A DNA stretch of 64,000 nt from Salpingoeca rosetta. Lineage: Eukaryota; Protista; Choanoflagellata. The notes beneath the pieces were generated by a model, which did not search any database, was not told where the DNA came from, and saw nothing but the letters and a program-made list of their open reading frames with translations. The stretch is taken from contig JAWQFM010000020.1 of assembly GCA_033442325.1 (NCBI GenBank), positions 414,645 through 478,644 on the forward strand. The letters run 5' to 3'. This document shows, in pieces, positions 62,952-64,000 of this stretch. Numbering within the stretch: position 1 is the stretch's first letter; every line of letters begins with the position of its first letter. The position numbers were made by a program, and so were the translations under genes.

Positions 62952-63982
62952 GGCAGTACACACAGATTTTCCCAGGTTAGAAGTAAGCATGGCGACAAGC
63001 AGCGAAGATGGATATGAGCCACCCGAAATGCATTCACGTGGCATCCAACAAGGCGTTGTAACGACAAGTCAGCAAAGCAAGCAAGCCAGCAAGCAAGCCT
63101 GCAAGCAAGCAAGGCGGTTTCCTGCCAAGCATTCTTGCTCACCTCAAGGCGCCGCGAGCGCTCCCGCTCAGAGGCGAGCTGCTGCTCCAGGATTTGCACG
63201 CGGCCCTGTATCATGACAAACTCGCCCTTGAGCTGTCCCTGCGATGATGCTGTCTGGGTGATTCGATCCTCCAGCTGGTACAACCTTTGTACATTCAACG
63301 ATGAACCGACGAGGGCACATGGGTGAGGCTGGGCGCCAAGTGGAAAGCAAAGGACAGGGATGCTATGGAACGGGGTGGTTCGCTTGTCATTGTGACAGGA
63401 CACGATGAATCGCTTGTCGTGGGTGGATGTGCTTGAACAAGAGAGACGTGCACTTGTGTTACAGCAAGCTCACCAATCGTCAGACATGGAGAAGCTTGAT
63501 TGAGTTGTTCCGCTTTGGGGGCGGTATCCTGCTCCAGGTGGCGGCGGTACTGGCTGCTGGGGATGGCCATGGTGGTGCGGGTGCTGGTGATGGCCACCGC
63601 CACCAACGCCTGGGTACTGCTGGGGACTGCGGCGAGGGTTGTAGCTAGAAGGAGATGGAGAAGTGGAATGATAAGAGGAGGGAAGGGCGGAGGGATAAAG
63701 AGATGGAGGGATAAGAGGATGGCAGTGATGTAAGGATGGTAGCGATACAAGGATGGTAGCGATAAGAGGATTTGAGGATAAGAGAAAAGCAAGCACAGAA
63801 AGCAGGAGGGAAGCAAAACAGGAAGGAAAAGCACAAGGCTACAAAGACGGAGCACCACAAAAAGGGAAGACCAGAGCACTGGCAGCGATGACGGGTTATC
63901 ACGCACAACACCAGGTTGCAAAACGCACTTTGAGTCGCTGCCCGTGGAACGCATGAGTGGAGAATCCGTATGGCGCACTCCC
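57636..63982 (-). CDS. Multi-PDZ scaffold protein with an N-terminal His/Pro-rich segment and coiled coil, and a C-terminal class I PDZ-binding motif (-NTDL); 5' end lies beyond the right edge
   Basis: Exons: NYNPRRSPQQYPG...HHQHPHHHGHPQQPVPPPP...DDW|LYQLEDRITQ...LEQQLASERERSRRLE (coiled coil). PDZ-a: LELTSDGMGHLVVNKLSQGLYDDGLRKGDILRF|VEGAELSHATVPAAVALFRR. PDZ-b: VSFQRLNPNSLGFGVRG...LFVGSLSDGSPAQRHG...GDEIIA.DG. PDZ-c: DQPLGLTLGETTQLGVVVQSVKEGGLAAKAQQVHVGDVV|LVNVNGWSLAGLARSDARK|KLREASEVLHLVHARPKKRSQPNTDL*. Confidence 0.82.
59392..59491. other. Assembly gap (100 N) inside the PDZ gene
   Basis: N run. Confidence 1.
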
Positions 63983-64000
63983 CTGTCAACACGACAACAA

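Noticed and set aside
63470-63570. ATG at 63570 (MAIPSSQY...) as the start of the PDZ gene
   Set aside because: That frame does not splice in phase to the LYQLEDR exon. The HHQHPHHH frame does, and further acceptors upstream show the gene begins outside the window.

Overview
Eukaryotic, intron-dense genomic DNA with GC-rich exons, short GT-AG introns filled with (CA)n/(GT)n microsatellites, and four assembly gaps. The style and gene content suggest a choanoflagellate such as Salpingoeca rosetta (inferred, not verified). Manual splicing supports seven protein-coding genes: (1) a very large TRRAP/Tra1 PIKK pseudokinase (minus, ATG 26912, running off the left edge) with long low-complexity insertions; (2) an ERp57/PDIA3-type protein disulfide isomerase ending in KDEL (minus); (3) a TPX2 homolog (plus), head-to-head with the PDI gene; (4) RMND5/Gid2 of the CTLH/GID E3 ligase (minus, partly in gaps); (5) a doublecortin-like kinase with a single DCX domain, an IQ motif and a CaMKI-like tail (minus); (6) a KIF12-like kinesin (minus), whose 5' end is tandemly duplicated, probably by misassembly; (7) a coiled-coil multi-PDZ scaffold ending in a PDZ-binding motif (minus, running off the right edge). 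I found no RNA genes, transposons or CRISPR arrays. The best candidate for an undescribed system is a positional bias of intronic repeats: UG repeats tend to sit near 5' splice sites and CA repeats near 3' splice sites, sometimes both in one intron so the ends could base-pair, and several acceptors lack a polypyrimidine tract. Family assignments come from recalled homolog sequences, not database searches, and minor exon boundaries are approximate.
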